A stretch of 44,679 nucleotides of DNA from positions 1 to 44,679 of the forward strand of contig JBBISL010000015.1 in assembly GCA_037441285.1 (NCBI GenBank). The letters run 5' to 3'. The position numbers were made by a program, and so were the translations under genes. The stretch comes from a candidate division WOR-3 bacterium (GTDB lineage Bacteria > Hydrothermota > Tepidihabitantia > Tepidihabitantales > Tepidihabitantaceae). Below are positions 30,101 through 39,910 of the stretch, piece by piece. Positions within the stretch are counted from its first letter, which is position 1; each line of letters starts with the position of its first letter. The notes under the pieces are model-generated. The model was not told where the DNA came from. It did not search any database and worked only from the letters and a program-made list of their open reading frames with translations.

Positions 30101-30128
30101 TTGACTTAATAAAAAAAATATCTAAAAT
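30101..30128 (+). promoter_or_regulatory. fabH promoter
   Basis: TTGACT-16 nt-TAAAAT; ATG 10 nt downstream. Confidence 0.6.
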
Positions 30129-30138
30129 AGTTAACAAT

Positions 30139-31182
30139 ATGAATTATACCCTTACTTCCCCCCGGTCAACTGTCGATGACGCCGACCGTCAACCGACGTT
30201 GTACTCGGCTATCCTTACTGGTACCGGATTTGCGGTCCCAGAACGCATCCTGACCAATGACGACCTGGAAAAAATCCTTGACACATCCGACGAATGGATT
30301 ACGGAACGTACCGGGATGAAAGAACGAAGGATCGCTAAACCGGAAGAAGCCGCTTCCGACTTTGCCCTGCGGGCTGCCCAGCAGGCACTTGCTGATGCCC
30401 GACTCAAGCCCGAGGAAATCGACCTGATTATTGTCGCAACAGTAACCGGTGATATGCCTTTTCCCTCAACCGCTTGCATCCTCCAGCATAAACTGGGTGC
30501 CGCCAATGCCGCGGCTATGGACATTGCTGCCGGTTGTTCGGGTTTTATCTACGCCCTTACTACAGCCCGCCAATTCATCGCTACTGGTGCCTATCGCGCC
30601 GTCCTGGTTGTCGGTGTTGAAGTCCTGTCGAAAATCACCGACTGGAGCGACCGCAGTACCGCAGTCCTGCTTGCAGACGGCGCCGGTGCCGCAATTCTAC
30701 AAGCATCCACCGAAAAAGAGCGCGGTATCATCGCCACCTATCTCGGTGCCGACGGGTCTCACGGCAAAGACCTCTATATGCCGGCTGGTGGTTCAGCAAC
30801 TCCCGCTTCCGTCGAATCGGTCCAGCAGCGGCTGCACTACTTGAAGATGAATGGCAGCGCAATTTTCAAAATCGCTGTCCGTTCCATGGCGGATGTGGTC
30901 AAACGCCTGCTTGAGAAAACAAAGTTACAAGCCGAAGAAATCAAACTGATTATTCCCCATCAGGCTAACCTTAGAATCATCGAGGCGATGGCAAAACTCC
31001 TCAACTTCCCGATGGAAAAGGTTTTCGTCAACATTCAGAAATATGCCAACACCTCTTCGGCATCAACAATCATTGCCCTGGACGAAGCTCGTAAAAAACA
31101 TCTTATTGGTCCGGGCGACCGGGCAATTCTTGTTGCCTTTGGTGCCGGTTTGACCTGGGGTGGCGCCCTGGTCCGTTTCTAA
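30139..31182 (+). CDS. fabH: Beta-ketoacyl-ACP synthase III
   Basis: AAGCSGF, PHQAN and NTSSA catalytic triad motifs; FGAGLTWG. Confidence 0.95.
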   Translation: MNYTLTSPRSTVDDADRQPTLYSAILTGTGFAVPERILTNDDLEKILDTSDEWITERTGMKERRIAKPEEAASDFALRAAQQALADARLKPEEIDLIIVATVTGDMPFPSTACILQHKLGAANAAAMDIAAGCSGFIYALTTARQFIATGAYRAVLVVGVEVLSKITDWSDRSTAVLLADGAGAAILQASTEKERGIIATYLGADGSHGKDLYMPAGGSATPASVESVQQRLHYLKMNGSAIFKIAVRSMADVVKRLLEKTKLQAEEIKLIIPHQANLRIIEAMAKLLNFPMEKVFVNIQKYANTSSASTIIALDEARKKHLIGPGDRAILVAFGAGLTWGGALVRF

Positions 31183-31238
31183 CTCTGATAATCTTGGGAA
31201 GACCGACCGAAATTAACTGAAATCCTATTTATTCGGTT

Positions 31239-32219
31239 TTACCAGCGCAACGCGGCTGCTGCCCAGGTAAAACCAGTACCAAAAGCGGTCAAAAGCAGAA
31301 TATCGCCGTCTTGAATTCGCCCCTGCCTCCGCGCCTCATCAATCGCCACCGGAATCGTTGCCGCCGACATATTACCATAACGGTCAAGAACGACAAACAT
31401 CTTCTCAACTGGTATCCCGGTTCGCGCTCGCGCCGCTTCCATAATTCTCATATTTGCCTGATGCGGTATAAAAAGTTTTACATCATGAGCGCTGATACCG
31501 GCTTCGGAAAGTGCCTTCAAGGCTGCCCCGCCCATTGCCCGCACCGCATGCTTAAAAACCTGATTGCCCTCCATATGAACGGTGTGTGCCATTTCCCTGA
31601 GCGTCTTTTCGCTGGTCGGGAGCCTTGTACCACCGGCGGGCTGATAAAGCAGCGGTGCAAGATTCCCATCACAACCCCAATTGGACGACAAGATTCCCGA
31701 CTTCCCGTCCCCGGGAACAACAATGGCAACACCCGCACCATCGCCAAATAGCACGCAGGTTGCTCGGTCCTTCCAGTTAACTACCTTCGACATCACCTCA
31801 CCACCCGCGACCGCGACTTTCTGTGCGGTGCCGGCAACAATCAGATTAGCCGCCACCTCAAGGGCAAAAAGAAAACCGGAACAGCCCGCACTGATATCAA
31901 ATGCCGCACTACCAGCAATTCCCAATCGCTTCTGGACCCAGCAGGCGGTTGCGGGATAGACGGTATCCGGGGTGCTGGTTGCAACAATAATCGTATCAAG
32001 GTCCGATGGCTGCAATCCGGCTTGAGCACAAGCCCTTTCGGTCGCTACCGCCACGAGGTCGGATGTTGCGGTATTTTCGTCGGCAATCCGTCGTTCTCGA
32101 ATCCCGGTACGCTCTACAATCCAGGCATCGCTTGTGTCCACCATTTTTTCAAGGTCAAAATTGGTCAGAACCCTTTCCGGTAACGCACTGCCCGTGCCGA
32201 CAATTTTAATTGATTTCAT
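31239..32219 (-). CDS. fabH: Beta-ketoacyl-ACP synthase III (second paralog)
   Basis: SAGCSGF, PHQAN, GNMSAA, FGTGFTW. Confidence 0.95.
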   Translation of the reverse strand: MKSIKIVGTGSALPERVLTNFDLEKMVDTSDAWIVERTGIRERRIADENTATSDLVAVATERACAQAGLQPSDLDTIIVATSTPDTVYPATACWVQKRLGIAGSAAFDISAGCSGFLFALEVAANLIVAGTAQKVAVAGGEVMSKVVNWKDRATCVLFGDGAGVAIVVPGDGKSGILSSNWGCDGNLAPLLYQPAGGTRLPTSEKTLREMAHTVHMEGNQVFKHAVRAMGGAALKALSEAGISAHDVKLFIPHQANMRIMEAARARTGIPVEKMFVVLDRYGNMSAATIPVAIDEARRQGRIQDGDILLLTAFGTGFTWAAAALRW

Positions 32220-32245
32220 TCCGGGTAGTCAGTTCAATATTAAAA

Positions 32246-32320
32246 TAGCCCCATGGGGATTTGAACCCCAGTCTTCTGGCTGAGAACCAGACGTCCTGGG
32301 CCGGACTAGACGATGGGGCT
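32246..32320 (-). tRNA. tRNA-Glu(CTC)
   Basis: AGCCCCA/TGGGGCT acceptor stem; TCTGG-TTCTCAG-CCAGA anticodon arm; GGTTCAAATCC. Confidence 0.93.
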
Positions 32321-32329
32321 GACATCTCA

Positions 32330-32357
32330 ATAATATCAGTTGCTGAAATCTGGTCAA
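32330..32357 (-). promoter_or_regulatory. tRNA-Glu/fabH promoter
   Basis: TTGACC-16 nt-TATTAT with TG extension. Confidence 0.65.
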
Positions 32358-32372
32358 CTATTAAGAACTGAA

Positions 32373-32942
32373 TTAACCCTGGGCTGCGACCGCCCGCTTC
32401 CCCGCCTTTTTCCGCACCCATTCCCCTCGATAACGGAAACCCTTGCCGTGGTACGGGTCTGCTGGTTTTATCGCCCGCATCCGCGCTGCGATGTCGCCGA
32501 CAACCTGTTTATCTACTCCGGACACGGTGATTTCAAACATCTGCTCTTTTGTATCTTCCGGATTGGGAACCTGGTTTATTTCCACCGATATCCCGGGCGG
32601 TATTACAAAATCAACCGGATGAGAAAAACCACAGCTGAACTGTACACCGGTTTTGGTTTTCTGAGCACGGTAGCCCATTCCCCGCAACTCAACAACCTTT
32701 TGATAACCACTACTCACGCCAATGAGCATATTCCTGAGCAAAGCGCGCATCGTCCCTACATACTTGCGCTCGACTTCAGGACTTCCTTCAACTATCACCT
32801 CGCGGTTGTCAACCTTCACTTTGACCCCGGGATAAAGCGAAAGCGTCAATGAACCCAGTTTGCCTTTTACGGTAACCTTATCGGCTTCCGGTTTTACTTC
32901 AACACCATCGGGTATTGACAATGGACGATATGTCTTCGCCAT
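32373..32942 (-). CDS. rplF: 50S ribosomal protein L6
   Basis: GMGYRA, GFSHPV, DPYHGKGFRY..KKAGK. Confidence 0.97.
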   Translation of the reverse strand: MAKTYRPLSIPDGVEVKPEADKVTVKGKLGSLTLSLYPGVKVKVDNREVIVEGSPEVERKYVGTMRALLRNMLIGVSSGYQKVVELRGMGYRAQKTKTGVQFSCGFSHPVDFVIPPGISVEINQVPNPEDTKEQMFEITVSGVDKQVVGDIAARMRAIKPADPYHGKGFRYRGEWVRKKAGKRAVAAQG

Positions 32943-32945
32943 AGT

Positions 32946-33335
32946 TTACCACACCTTACAAATAAGCTCGCCCCCGATTTTGCGGCGACGGGCTTCTCGG
33001 TCGGTAATAATGCCGGCTGGGGTTGAAATTATCGCAACACCAAGACCTCCCATCACTCGGGGCAAGTCCCGATACCCAACATATATCCGCCGACTCTGTT
33101 TTGACACCCGTTCCAGCCCGCGAATTACCGAACCACCGTCATCAAGATACTTCAAACTAACAATAATCCGCTTCTTTGTCCCCTCACCCTCAACCCGAAA
33201 GTTGCTTATAAACCCTTCTTCGAGCAACACCCGGGCAATCTCATATTTTAGCCAGGAGTGGGGAACATTTATTTCTTTCACCCGGGCCGCAATTCCATTA
33301 CGAATCTGCGTAAGGAAGTCAGAAATCGGGTCCAA
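32946..33335 (-). CDS. rpsH: 30S ribosomal protein S8
   Basis: DPISDFLTQIRN, GLGVAIIST, GGELIC. Confidence 0.97.
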   Translation of the reverse strand: MDPISDFLTQIRNGIAARVKEINVPHSWLKYEIARVLLEEGFISNFRVEGEGTKKRIIVSLKYLDDGGSVIRGLERVSKQSRRIYVGYRDLPRVMGGLGVAIISTPAGIITDREARRRKIGGELICKVW

Positions 33336-33346
33336 CTCTATCCTCC

Positions 33347-33532
33347 TTACCAGGTTGCCTTACGCACCCCGGGTATCTCGCCCCGAAGCGCCAGTTCCCG
33401 AAAACAAAGCCGACACAATCCAAATTTGCGATAATACGCCCGGGCACGGAAACAAACCTGACAGCGGTTGTGTTTACGCACCTTGAATTTCGGTTCACGC
33501 TGTGACTTAACAATCAAACATTTTCTTGCCAT
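33347..33532 (-). CDS. rpsN: 30S ribosomal protein S14, zinc-binding type Z
   Basis: [23 protein letters not shown]; 61 aa from ATG 33532. Confidence 0.96.
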   Translation of the reverse strand: MARKCLIVKSQREPKFKVRKHNRCQVCFRARAYYRKFGLCRLCFRELALRGEIPGVRKATW

Positions 33533-33533
33533 A

Positions 33534-34082
33534 TCACTTCCTTTTTGCAAACGGCATACCTAACTCTTCCAGTAAAAACCGCGCCTCATCGTCATGCTTG
33601 GCGGTTGTCTGAAAAGTAATTGTCATTCCAAACACCTTCTTCACCTTGGCGACCTCAATTTCCGGGAAAATCACCTGCTCTGTGAGTCCGAGGCTGTAAC
33701 CGCCGCGGCCATCAAAGGCATCAAGCGAAAAACCCCGGAAGTCTCGAATCTTAGGCGCCGCAAGGTTAAAGAACCGGTCGATAAACTCATACATTCGGTC
33801 GCCGCGCAGTGTCACTTTAACCCCGAGCGGCATACCTTCTCGAATCCGGAATGCCGAAATCGCCTTTTTTGCGAAAGTCCTTACCGGTTTTTGTCCGGTA
33901 ATCATCGCCAGGTCTTCGGCAATAACATCGAGCACCTTCGAATCCTGCACCGCCTCTTTGGTGGTTACACTAACAACCACCTTGGTAAGCCGCGGTACCT
34001 GGTGCTTGTTTTTGTAGCCAAACCGTGCGGTCAGCGCCGGAATGACCTTTTTCAGATAAAGCTCTTTAAGTCTTGGCATCAT
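33534..34082 (-). CDS. rplE: 50S ribosomal protein L5
   Basis: [26 protein letters not shown]. Confidence 0.97.
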   Translation of the reverse strand: MMPRLKELYLKKVIPALTARFGYKNKHQVPRLTKVVVSVTTKEAVQDSKVLDVIAEDLAMITGQKPVRTFAKKAISAFRIREGMPLGVKVTLRGDRMYEFIDRFFNLAAPKIRDFRGFSLDAFDGRGGYSLGLTEQVIFPEIEVAKVKKVFGMTITFQTTAKHDDEARFLLEELGMPFAKRK

Positions 34083-34402
34083 ACATCAATAATCTCTTCA
34101 CAAACTTTACAAACCCGTACTCTTCTCCCCTCATGCTCGGCGCGTTTCACCTTCGCCCTTTTGCCGCATTTCGGGCAGATGAGCACCAGATTGGAGACAT
34201 TAATCGGATTGGGCAGGTCAACAATACCACCCGGTTTATCAGGTCCCCGGGTTCGCTGGTGGCGCTTTGCCAGGTTAATTCCTTCAACAATCGCCCGGTA
34301 ACTTTTACTCTCTTTATGCCATTCAATGCGCAGAATTTTACCCCGGCGACCTCGTTCTTCCCCGGTAATTACTTCAACCACATCACCCTTACGCAGTTGC
34401 AT
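34079..34402 (-). CDS. rplX: 50S ribosomal protein L24
   Basis: [13 protein letters not shown] motif, VEGIN, INVSN; start ATG 34402. Confidence 0.96.
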   Translation of the reverse strand: MQLRKGDVVEVITGEERGRRGKILRIEWHKESKSYRAIVEGINLAKRHQRTRGPDKPGGIVDLPNPINVSNLVLICPKCGKRAKVKRAEHEGRRVRVCKVCEEIIDV

Positions 34403-34403
34403 A

Positions 34404-34772
34404 TCACACCACCTCAGTTGCCAGCGAAATGATTTTGGTAAATTTACGCTCCCGCAACTCCCTTGCCACCGGACCGAACACCCGTGTCCCTTTGGGTTCA
34501 CCTTTATCGTCAATTAAGACACAGGCGTTATCGTCAAATCTTATATAGGTACCGTCTTCACGCCGGTACTCCTTTCGTGTCCGAATAACTACCGCTTTAT
34601 ACTTATCCCCGGGCTTTATCGGTCCATTCGGGAGCGCGTCCTTGACCGTAACCAGCACGGTATCGCCCAGCCAGCCGAACTTCCGTTTTGAACCCCCATA
34701 AATTTTGATAACCATCGCCACCCGGGCACCGGAATTATCGGCAACAGTAAGACGACTATATTCTTGAATCAT
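34404..34772 (-). CDS. rplN: 50S ribosomal protein L14
   Basis: [24 protein letters not shown]. Confidence 0.98.
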   Translation of the reverse strand: MIQEYSRLTVADNSGARVAMVIKIYGGSKRKFGWLGDTVLVTVKDALPNGPIKPGDKYKAVVIRTRKEYRREDGTYIRFDDNACVLIDDKGEPKGTRVFGPVARELRERKFTKIISLATEVV

Positions 34773-35008
34773 AACTTATTCACAACCCGCCACCTTTTTA
34801 ACTTCGACAAAGGCCTTGATTCCATAATCATATCCCGGTCGCCTTCCTTGCATTGCGCTCGTTCATCGTGGGCATACAGTTTTGTCCGCTTCCTGATGTA
34901 CTTCTTATATTTGGGATGCTGCACCAATCGCTCGGTTTCAACAACAACCGTCTTCTGCATCTTCGCCGAAATAACCGTGCCTACCACCGTCCGTCGTTCC
35001 TTACGCAT
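34769..35008 (-). CDS. rpsQ: 30S ribosomal protein S17
   Basis: [24 protein letters not shown]. Confidence 0.96.
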   Translation of the reverse strand: MRKERRTVVGTVISAKMQKTVVVETERLVQHPKYKKYIRKRTKLYAHDERAQCKEGDRDMIMESRPLSKLKRWRVVNKL

Positions 35009-35210
35009 TACTACCACCTTCCTTCAACTCCTTCTCCTTCAACACGGTAAGACAACGGGCGATTTCCCGTCGGAGAATCCGCAAACGGACTGGATTGGGC
35101 AACTGCTCGGTTGCTCGCCGTAGTTTCAACTTAAAAAGTTCATCCCGTAACTCGGCAATCTTTCGGGTCAACTCTTCCTTAGACAACTCTCGCAACTCAG
35201 AAGCCTTCAT
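35001..35210 (-). CDS. rpmC: 50S ribosomal protein L29
   Basis: [22 protein letters not shown]. Confidence 0.95.
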   Translation of the reverse strand: MKASELRELSKEELTRKIAELRDELFKLKLRRATEQLPNPVRLRILRREIARCLTVLKEKELKEGGSNA

Positions 35211-35625
35211 AACTAAACTCCTCGCGCTCAACCAATTTCGTCCGGCAGGGCATCTTACTCGCCGCCAGTTTCAAAGCCTCCAGTGCCTCTGCCTTGGGAA
35301 GGCCGCCTAATTCAAAGAGAACCCGCCCCGGTTTTACAACACAAACCCACTCTTCGGGCGTTCCCTTTCCTTTACCCATTCTTGACTCCGCCGGCTTTTT
35401 CGTAACCGGTTTATCGGGAAATATCCTAATCCACATCTTTCCGGCTCGCTTGAGAAACTTCGTCAGACACAATCGTGCCGCTTCAATCTGGCGGGCGGTT
35501 ATCCACGACGGTTCCAGGGCAATAAGCCCGTACTCGCCAAAATCTATCCGATTGGCACTTGTCGCCTTGCCCTTCATTCGACCGCGCATCGCCTTCCGAT
35601 ACTTAACCCGTTTTGGCATCAACAT
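35197..35625 (-). CDS. rplP: 50S ribosomal protein L16
   Basis: [24 protein letters not shown]. Confidence 0.98.
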   Translation of the reverse strand: MLMPKRVKYRKAMRGRMKGKATSANRIDFGEYGLIALEPSWITARQIEAARLCLTKFLKRAGKMWIRIFPDKPVTKKPAESRMGKGKGTPEEWVCVVKPGRVLFELGGLPKAEALEALKLAASKMPCRTKLVEREEFSYEGF

Positions 35626-35628
35626 AGT

Positions 35629-36267
35629 TTAACTCCCTGCCCTGGGCTGAATATCACCTTTATAAATCCAGACCTTCACGCCGCAGGTTCCGGCAATCGT
35701 TTTGGCAACATCCACCGAATAGTCAACATCAGCATTCAAAGTCTGCAACGGCACCCGTCCTTCCCGGTACCACTCACTGCGAGCAATCTCCGCACCACCC
35801 AACCTTCCTCCCACCATTACCTTTATGCCCAATGCCCCGAGTCGCATCGCCTGGGTTACGGCTCGTTTCATCGCTCGGCGATGGGCAACCCGTTCTTCAA
35901 GTTGGCGGGCAATATTCTGGGCAACAAGTTTCGCCTCCAGCTCTGGAACCCGAACCACCTCAACAAGAATATGGACATCCCTGCCCACCAGTCGCTTAAT
36001 CTCCTCCCGGAGCGCCTCCAGCGCCTGCCGCTTCGCACCAAAAACCATTCCGGGCCGCGCGGTATGAATGGTAATCGTTGTTCGGTCCGCGACCCGCCGA
36101 ATTTCAATATTGGAAACCATCGCCTCAGCTAACTTCGCCTCAATGTATCGCCGAATTTTATAGTCTTCCAGCAAATAGTCGCGGTATCGTTTCTTCTCAA
36201 ACCACGCCGATTTCCAGTCTTTCGTTATCCCAAGCCGAAAACCCAGTGGGTGTGTCTTCTGACCCAT
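35629..36267 (-). CDS. rpsC: 30S ribosomal protein S3
   Basis: [31 protein letters not shown]. Confidence 0.98.
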   Translation of the reverse strand: MGQKTHPLGFRLGITKDWKSAWFEKKRYRDYLLEDYKIRRYIEAKLAEAMVSNIEIRRVADRTTITIHTARPGMVFGAKRQALEALREEIKRLVGRDVHILVEVVRVPELEAKLVAQNIARQLEERVAHRRAMKRAVTQAMRLGALGIKVMVGGRLGGAEIARSEWYREGRVPLQTLNADVDYSVDVAKTIAGTCGVKVWIYKGDIQPRAGS

Positions 36268-36268
36268 A

Positions 36269-36625
36269 CTAAGACTTTTCCTCCTTTGTTGCCACCTTCA
36301 CATAAATATGGCACATCCGGCGCACAAAAACCGAAGCGGTGCCTCTGGGACCGGGCATCATTCGTTTCATAACATTGGGACCCGGGTCTACTCTTACCTC
36401 TTTAACAAACAAATCCTTCTCCTGCAACCGTGCCTTACCCGCCTTATTGATGGCATTGGCAACCGCAGAACGCAGTGTCTTCAAAAGCGCCTGCTTGGAA
36501 GGTTTGGCTAAAAATGTGAGCGTTGCCAAAGCGGTCGGCACATCCTTATTCCGGATTAACTCCGCAATCCGATTCATCTTTCTTGCTGAACCACGCTGAA
36601 ACCTACTTCGCGCAAATGCCTCCAT
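36269..36625 (-). CDS. rplV: 50S ribosomal protein L22
   Basis: SARK, SAVANA, VDPGP..KR; operon position. Confidence 0.95.
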   Translation of the reverse strand: MEAFARSRFQRGSARKMNRIAELIRNKDVPTALATLTFLAKPSKQALLKTLRSAVANAINKAGKARLQEKDLFVKEVRVDPGPNVMKRMMPGPRGTASVFVRRMCHIYVKVATKEEKS

Positions 36626-36628
36626 CGC

Positions 36629-36925
36629 TTAATGCTCCCGTTTCTCCTCTGGTGACTTTTCCTTACGCTGCCCGGAATGTGCCCGGAAAGTCCGGGTCGG
36701 CGCAAACTCACCTAATCGGTGTCCAACCATCCGTTCGGTGATATAAACCGGTATAAACCTGTTGCCATTGTGAATCGCAATTGTTTGACCCACGAACTCG
36801 GGTGGAATAATACTGCGCCGGGCATATGTCTTTATCACTCGCCGCTCACCTTTCTCCACCAGCTCCCTTATCCGCCGGAACAACTTCTCATCGATATAAG
36901 GACCCTTCTTCAGCGAACGCCCCAT
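36629..36925 (-). CDS. rpsS: 30S ribosomal protein S19
   Basis: [24 protein letters not shown]; start ATG 36925. Confidence 0.97.
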   Translation of the reverse strand: MGRSLKKGPYIDEKLFRRIRELVEKGERRVIKTYARRSIIPPEFVGQTIAIHNGNRFIPVYITERMVGHRLGEFAPTRTFRAHSGQRKEKSPEEKREH

Positions 36926-36926
36926 C

Positions 36927-37751
36927 TTATGACCTCCTGCGAATGATAAGTTTGCTCGACTTCTTCTTCGGATTGCGGGTCTTATACCCTTTGGCAATCA
37001 TCCCCTTCTCCGAACAGGGATGTCTGCCGCCAGAACTTTTACCTTCGCCACCACCCATCGGATGGTCAACCGGATTCATCGCCACCGCCCTGGTCCTTGG
37101 TCTGCGACCCATATGACGGCTTCGTCCTGCCTTGCCGATTGAAATGTCCTTGTGCTCGGCATTTGACACCCGGCCAATTGTCGCCCAGCACCGTAAATCA
37201 AACTTACGAATCTCACCCGATGGTAACTTCACCACCGCCCAGCCTTCCTCTTTGGCAAGAATCTGGGCCGCGGTTCCAGCCGAACGTACCAAGAACGACC
37301 GGCTTGACGGATAAAGCTGCAGGTTGTGAATCTCCACTCCGACCGGAATGTCCGACAACGGCATCGCATTGCCAAACCTTATCGGCAGGTTGTTACCCGA
37401 AGCAACCTGGTCGCCCACCTTTAACCCTTCAGGGCAAAGAATATAGCGATACTCACCATCGGCATAACAAACCAGTGCAATCCGGGCTGAACGGTTCGGG
37501 TCGTATTCAATCGAAACCACCCGGGCGGGAATGCCCACCTTATCTCGTAAAAAGTCAATTATCCGGTAGTGCCGTTTTTCGCCTCCGCCGCGATACTTGG
37601 CGGTAATTCTGCCCTGATTGTTCCTGCCACCGGTCTTACGCATTGAAACCGTGAGAGGCTTATAAGGCTCCTCCCGGGTAATCTCACTGAAATCAGAAAC
37701 GGTGTAATGCCTTCTTCCTGGGGTAATCGGTCGATACTGCTTAATACCCAT
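36927..37751 (-). CDS. rplB: 50S ribosomal protein L2
   Basis: [31 protein letters not shown]. Confidence 0.98.
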   Translation of the reverse strand: MGIKQYRPITPGRRHYTVSDFSEITREEPYKPLTVSMRKTGGRNNQGRITAKYRGGGEKRHYRIIDFLRDKVGIPARVVSIEYDPNRSARIALVCYADGEYRYILCPEGLKVGDQVASGNNLPIRFGNAMPLSDIPVGVEIHNLQLYPSSRSFLVRSAGTAAQILAKEEGWAVVKLPSGEIRKFDLRCWATIGRVSNAEHKDISIGKAGRSRHMGRRPRTRAVAMNPVDHPMGGGEGKSSGGRHPCSEKGMIAKGYKTRNPKKKSSKLIIRRRS

Positions 37752-37753
37752 AA

Positions 37754-38044
37754 TTAATGCTCCAGAACCTCAATTCTTTCGCCTTCTTTTAACTTTACCA
37801 CCGCTTTCTTCCAGTCGGGCCGATAACCTTGAAACATCCCCATCCGTCGCTTCTTACCCTTAAAATTCATCACCCGCACATCAGTCACATGAACCTTAAA
37901 CATCTGCTCTACCGCCTGCCGAATCTGATGTTTATTAGCATCGCGGTTCACACGCAGAGTATAACTCCCCTCTGCACCTTTTACCCGTTCCGACTTTTCG
38001 GTAACAACTACCCCTAAAATAATCTTAGTCGGGTCAATCATCAT
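37754..38044 (-). CDS. rplW: 50S ribosomal protein L23
   Basis: TEKS, ANKHQIRQAVE, WKKAVVKL. Confidence 0.96.
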   Translation of the reverse strand: MMIDPTKIILGVVVTEKSERVKGAEGSYTLRVNRDANKHQIRQAVEQMFKVHVTDVRVMNFKGKKRRMGMFQGYRPDWKKAVVKLKEGERIEVLEH

Positions 38045-38673
38045 TTAACCCCCATCGCCGTAAGAAAACTCTCGAGCCCCTTCTCCGTGAAAATCAACTT
38101 CTGATGGGTCAGCACCTGATAGGGGTTCAACTGCGCTGCGGGCATAACATCTAACCAGGGCACATTCTGACTCGCTCTAACCAGATTGTCAAAAGCCTGT
38201 TCCACAAGCAAAAGCACCTTATCACCCTTTTCCAGTGGTGAGGCTATCTTCTCCACTATATTCACCAACTCCCTGGTCTTCGGCTCATTAAGCTCAAAAT
38301 CTTCAACAATCTTAATACCATTTTCCTTTACCCGTGATGTCAGCGCCAGTGCCAGCGCCTGACGCCGCACCTTATTCGGCAACTCGTAACTGTAATCTCT
38401 TGGCTTGGGACCCCAGGCGATACCACCACCGCGCCAGATGGGCGAACGCCTGGAACCATGCCGTGCCCGACCCGTGTGCTTCTGGGGCCAGGGCTTCTTC
38501 CCGGTGCCCGAAACCTCACCGCGCGTCTTGGTTTTAACGGTTCCCTGACGCTGATTTGCCAGATAGCAGCGCACCGCATCCCACAGCAAACTCTTTGGTC
38601 CTGTGCGATTGAACCATTCCACCGGTAACTCCACCTGCCGCTTAACCTCACCGGAAATGGTCAATACCTCCAC
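38041..38673 (-). CDS. rplD: 50S ribosomal protein L4
   Basis: RQGT.KTKTRGEVSG.GKKPW.QK.TGRARHGS. Confidence 0.97.
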   Translation of the reverse strand: MEVLTISGEVKRQVELPVEWFNRTGPKSLLWDAVRCYLANQRQGTVKTKTRGEVSGTGKKPWPQKHTGRARHGSRRSPIWRGGGIAWGPKPRDYSYELPNKVRRQALALALTSRVKENGIKIVEDFELNEPKTRELVNIVEKIASPLEKGDKVLLLVEQAFDNLVRASQNVPWLDVMPAAQLNPYQVLTHQKLIFTEKGLESFLTAMGVK

Positions 38674-38674
38674 C

Positions 38675-39295
38675 TCACGCCCCCTTCCGGATTAAAACCC
38701 GGGCGCCGCGATAACCCGGAACCCCACCCCGCACATAAATCACACCCTGTTCCGGCTCAACCTTAACCACTTTGAGGTTCTTAATTGTCACGCGCTCACA
38801 ACCGTAATGTCCCGGTAATGTGCGACCGGGCAACGCCCTTCCCGGTGAAGAACCAGCGCCGAGTGAGCCAATACGCCGGTGTGACATCGACCCGTGTGAA
38901 GCCGAACCACCATGCCAGCCCCAGCGCTTCATTCCACCGGCAAATCCCCGACCTTTTGTCCAGCCGGTAACATTCACAAACTCACCCGGCTTGAAAATAT
39001 CCACCTTCAACTCCTGCCCGACCTGGTAGCCGTCCACGCTGTCAACGCGAAATTCGCACACCCTGCCCAGTACCGGCACACCCGCCTTTTTAAACTGCCC
39101 CTCATAAGGCTTGGTCAACTGGCGCTTACTCGGCTCACCCTGACCAACCTGAACCGCAAAATAGCCGTGCTTCTCCCGGACTCGCAAACCAACAACCACA
39201 CATTTTCCCACCTTAATCTCGGTCACCGGTACCACCTTACCCGCCTCATCATAAATCTGGGTCATCTCACCCTTTATGCCAACCAGCCCGATCAT
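38675..39295 (-). CDS. rplC: 50S ribosomal protein L3
   Basis: [24 protein letters not shown]. Confidence 0.97.
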   Translation of the reverse strand: MIGLVGIKGEMTQIYDEAGKVVPVTEIKVGKCVVVGLRVREKHGYFAVQVGQGEPSKRQLTKPYEGQFKKAGVPVLGRVCEFRVDSVDGYQVGQELKVDIFKPGEFVNVTGWTKGRGFAGGMKRWGWHGGSASHGSMSHRRIGSLGAGSSPGRALPGRTLPGHYGCERVTIKNLKVVKVEPEQGVIYVRGGVPGYRGARVLIRKGA

Positions 39296-39615
39296 GCCGA
39301 CTTAATCTCCACTTCTACCCCGGCTGGCACTTCAAGTTTCATCAGCGCGTCCACCATATCCGCCGTAGCATTAGAAATCTCAATCAACCTCTTATGCACC
39401 CGCAACTCAAACTGCTCCCGTGACTTTTTATCAACATGGGGTGAGCGCAGCACCGTAAAAAGCGTGCGCTTGGTTGGCAACGGAATCGGACCCGCCACCT
39501 GCGCACCGGTCCGCTTCGCCACATCCACAATGTCTCGCGCCGACTGGTCAAGCAGCCGGTGGTCATAGGCTTTTAACTTTATCCTTATCTTTTTCGAACT
39601 TCTTAATACACTCAT
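39292..39615 (-). CDS. rpsJ: 30S ribosomal protein S10
   Basis: [31 protein letters not shown]. Confidence 0.98.
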   Translation of the reverse strand: MSVLRSSKKIRIKLKAYDHRLLDQSARDIVDVAKRTGAQVAGPIPLPTKRTLFTVLRSPHVDKKSREQFELRVHKRLIEISNATADMVDALMKLEVPAGVEVEIKSA

Positions 39616-39667
39616 TTTAAATAAAAACTACACTCTTTTCCTTTTCTGCTTTCCGACCTTTACTTTA

Positions 39668-39713
39668 CCGGGGTCTACTAAATCAACTGTGCCTTATGGC
39701 ACTTTGACCCGAG
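39668..39713 (-). promoter_or_regulatory. Structured 5' leader of the S10 operon
   Basis: GGGUC..GACCC outer stem enclosing a GUGCC-AUAA-GGCAC hairpin. Confidence 0.45.
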
Positions 39714-39734
39714 TTCTTACAGCACTAATTAGCA

Positions 39735-39762
39735 AATATACAAATCTAAAACTTCTTGTCAA
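39735..39762 (-). promoter_or_regulatory. S10 operon promoter
   Basis: TTGACA-16 nt-TATATT. Confidence 0.65.
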
Positions 39763-39857
39763 CTAATTCCTTAAAGATTTTTTAACCCCCATAAAAACCC
39801 AATCGGCACCCCAATCTCCGGTCTTTTTTATACCCGATGAACTATCCCTAAATCCGC

Positions 39858-39886
39858 TTGACAAAAACTGCTCAATTGTCTATTCT
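39858..39886 (+). promoter_or_regulatory. Promoter of the membrane protein gene
   Basis: TTGACA-17 nt-TATTCT. Confidence 0.6.
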
Positions 39887-39910
39887 CAACCCGTTCCGGG
39901 AGTTTAACCG

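Noticed and set aside
34079..34180. CxxC..CxxC in L24 and S14 as a novelty
   Set aside because: Zinc-ribbon variants of these ribosomal proteins are well known
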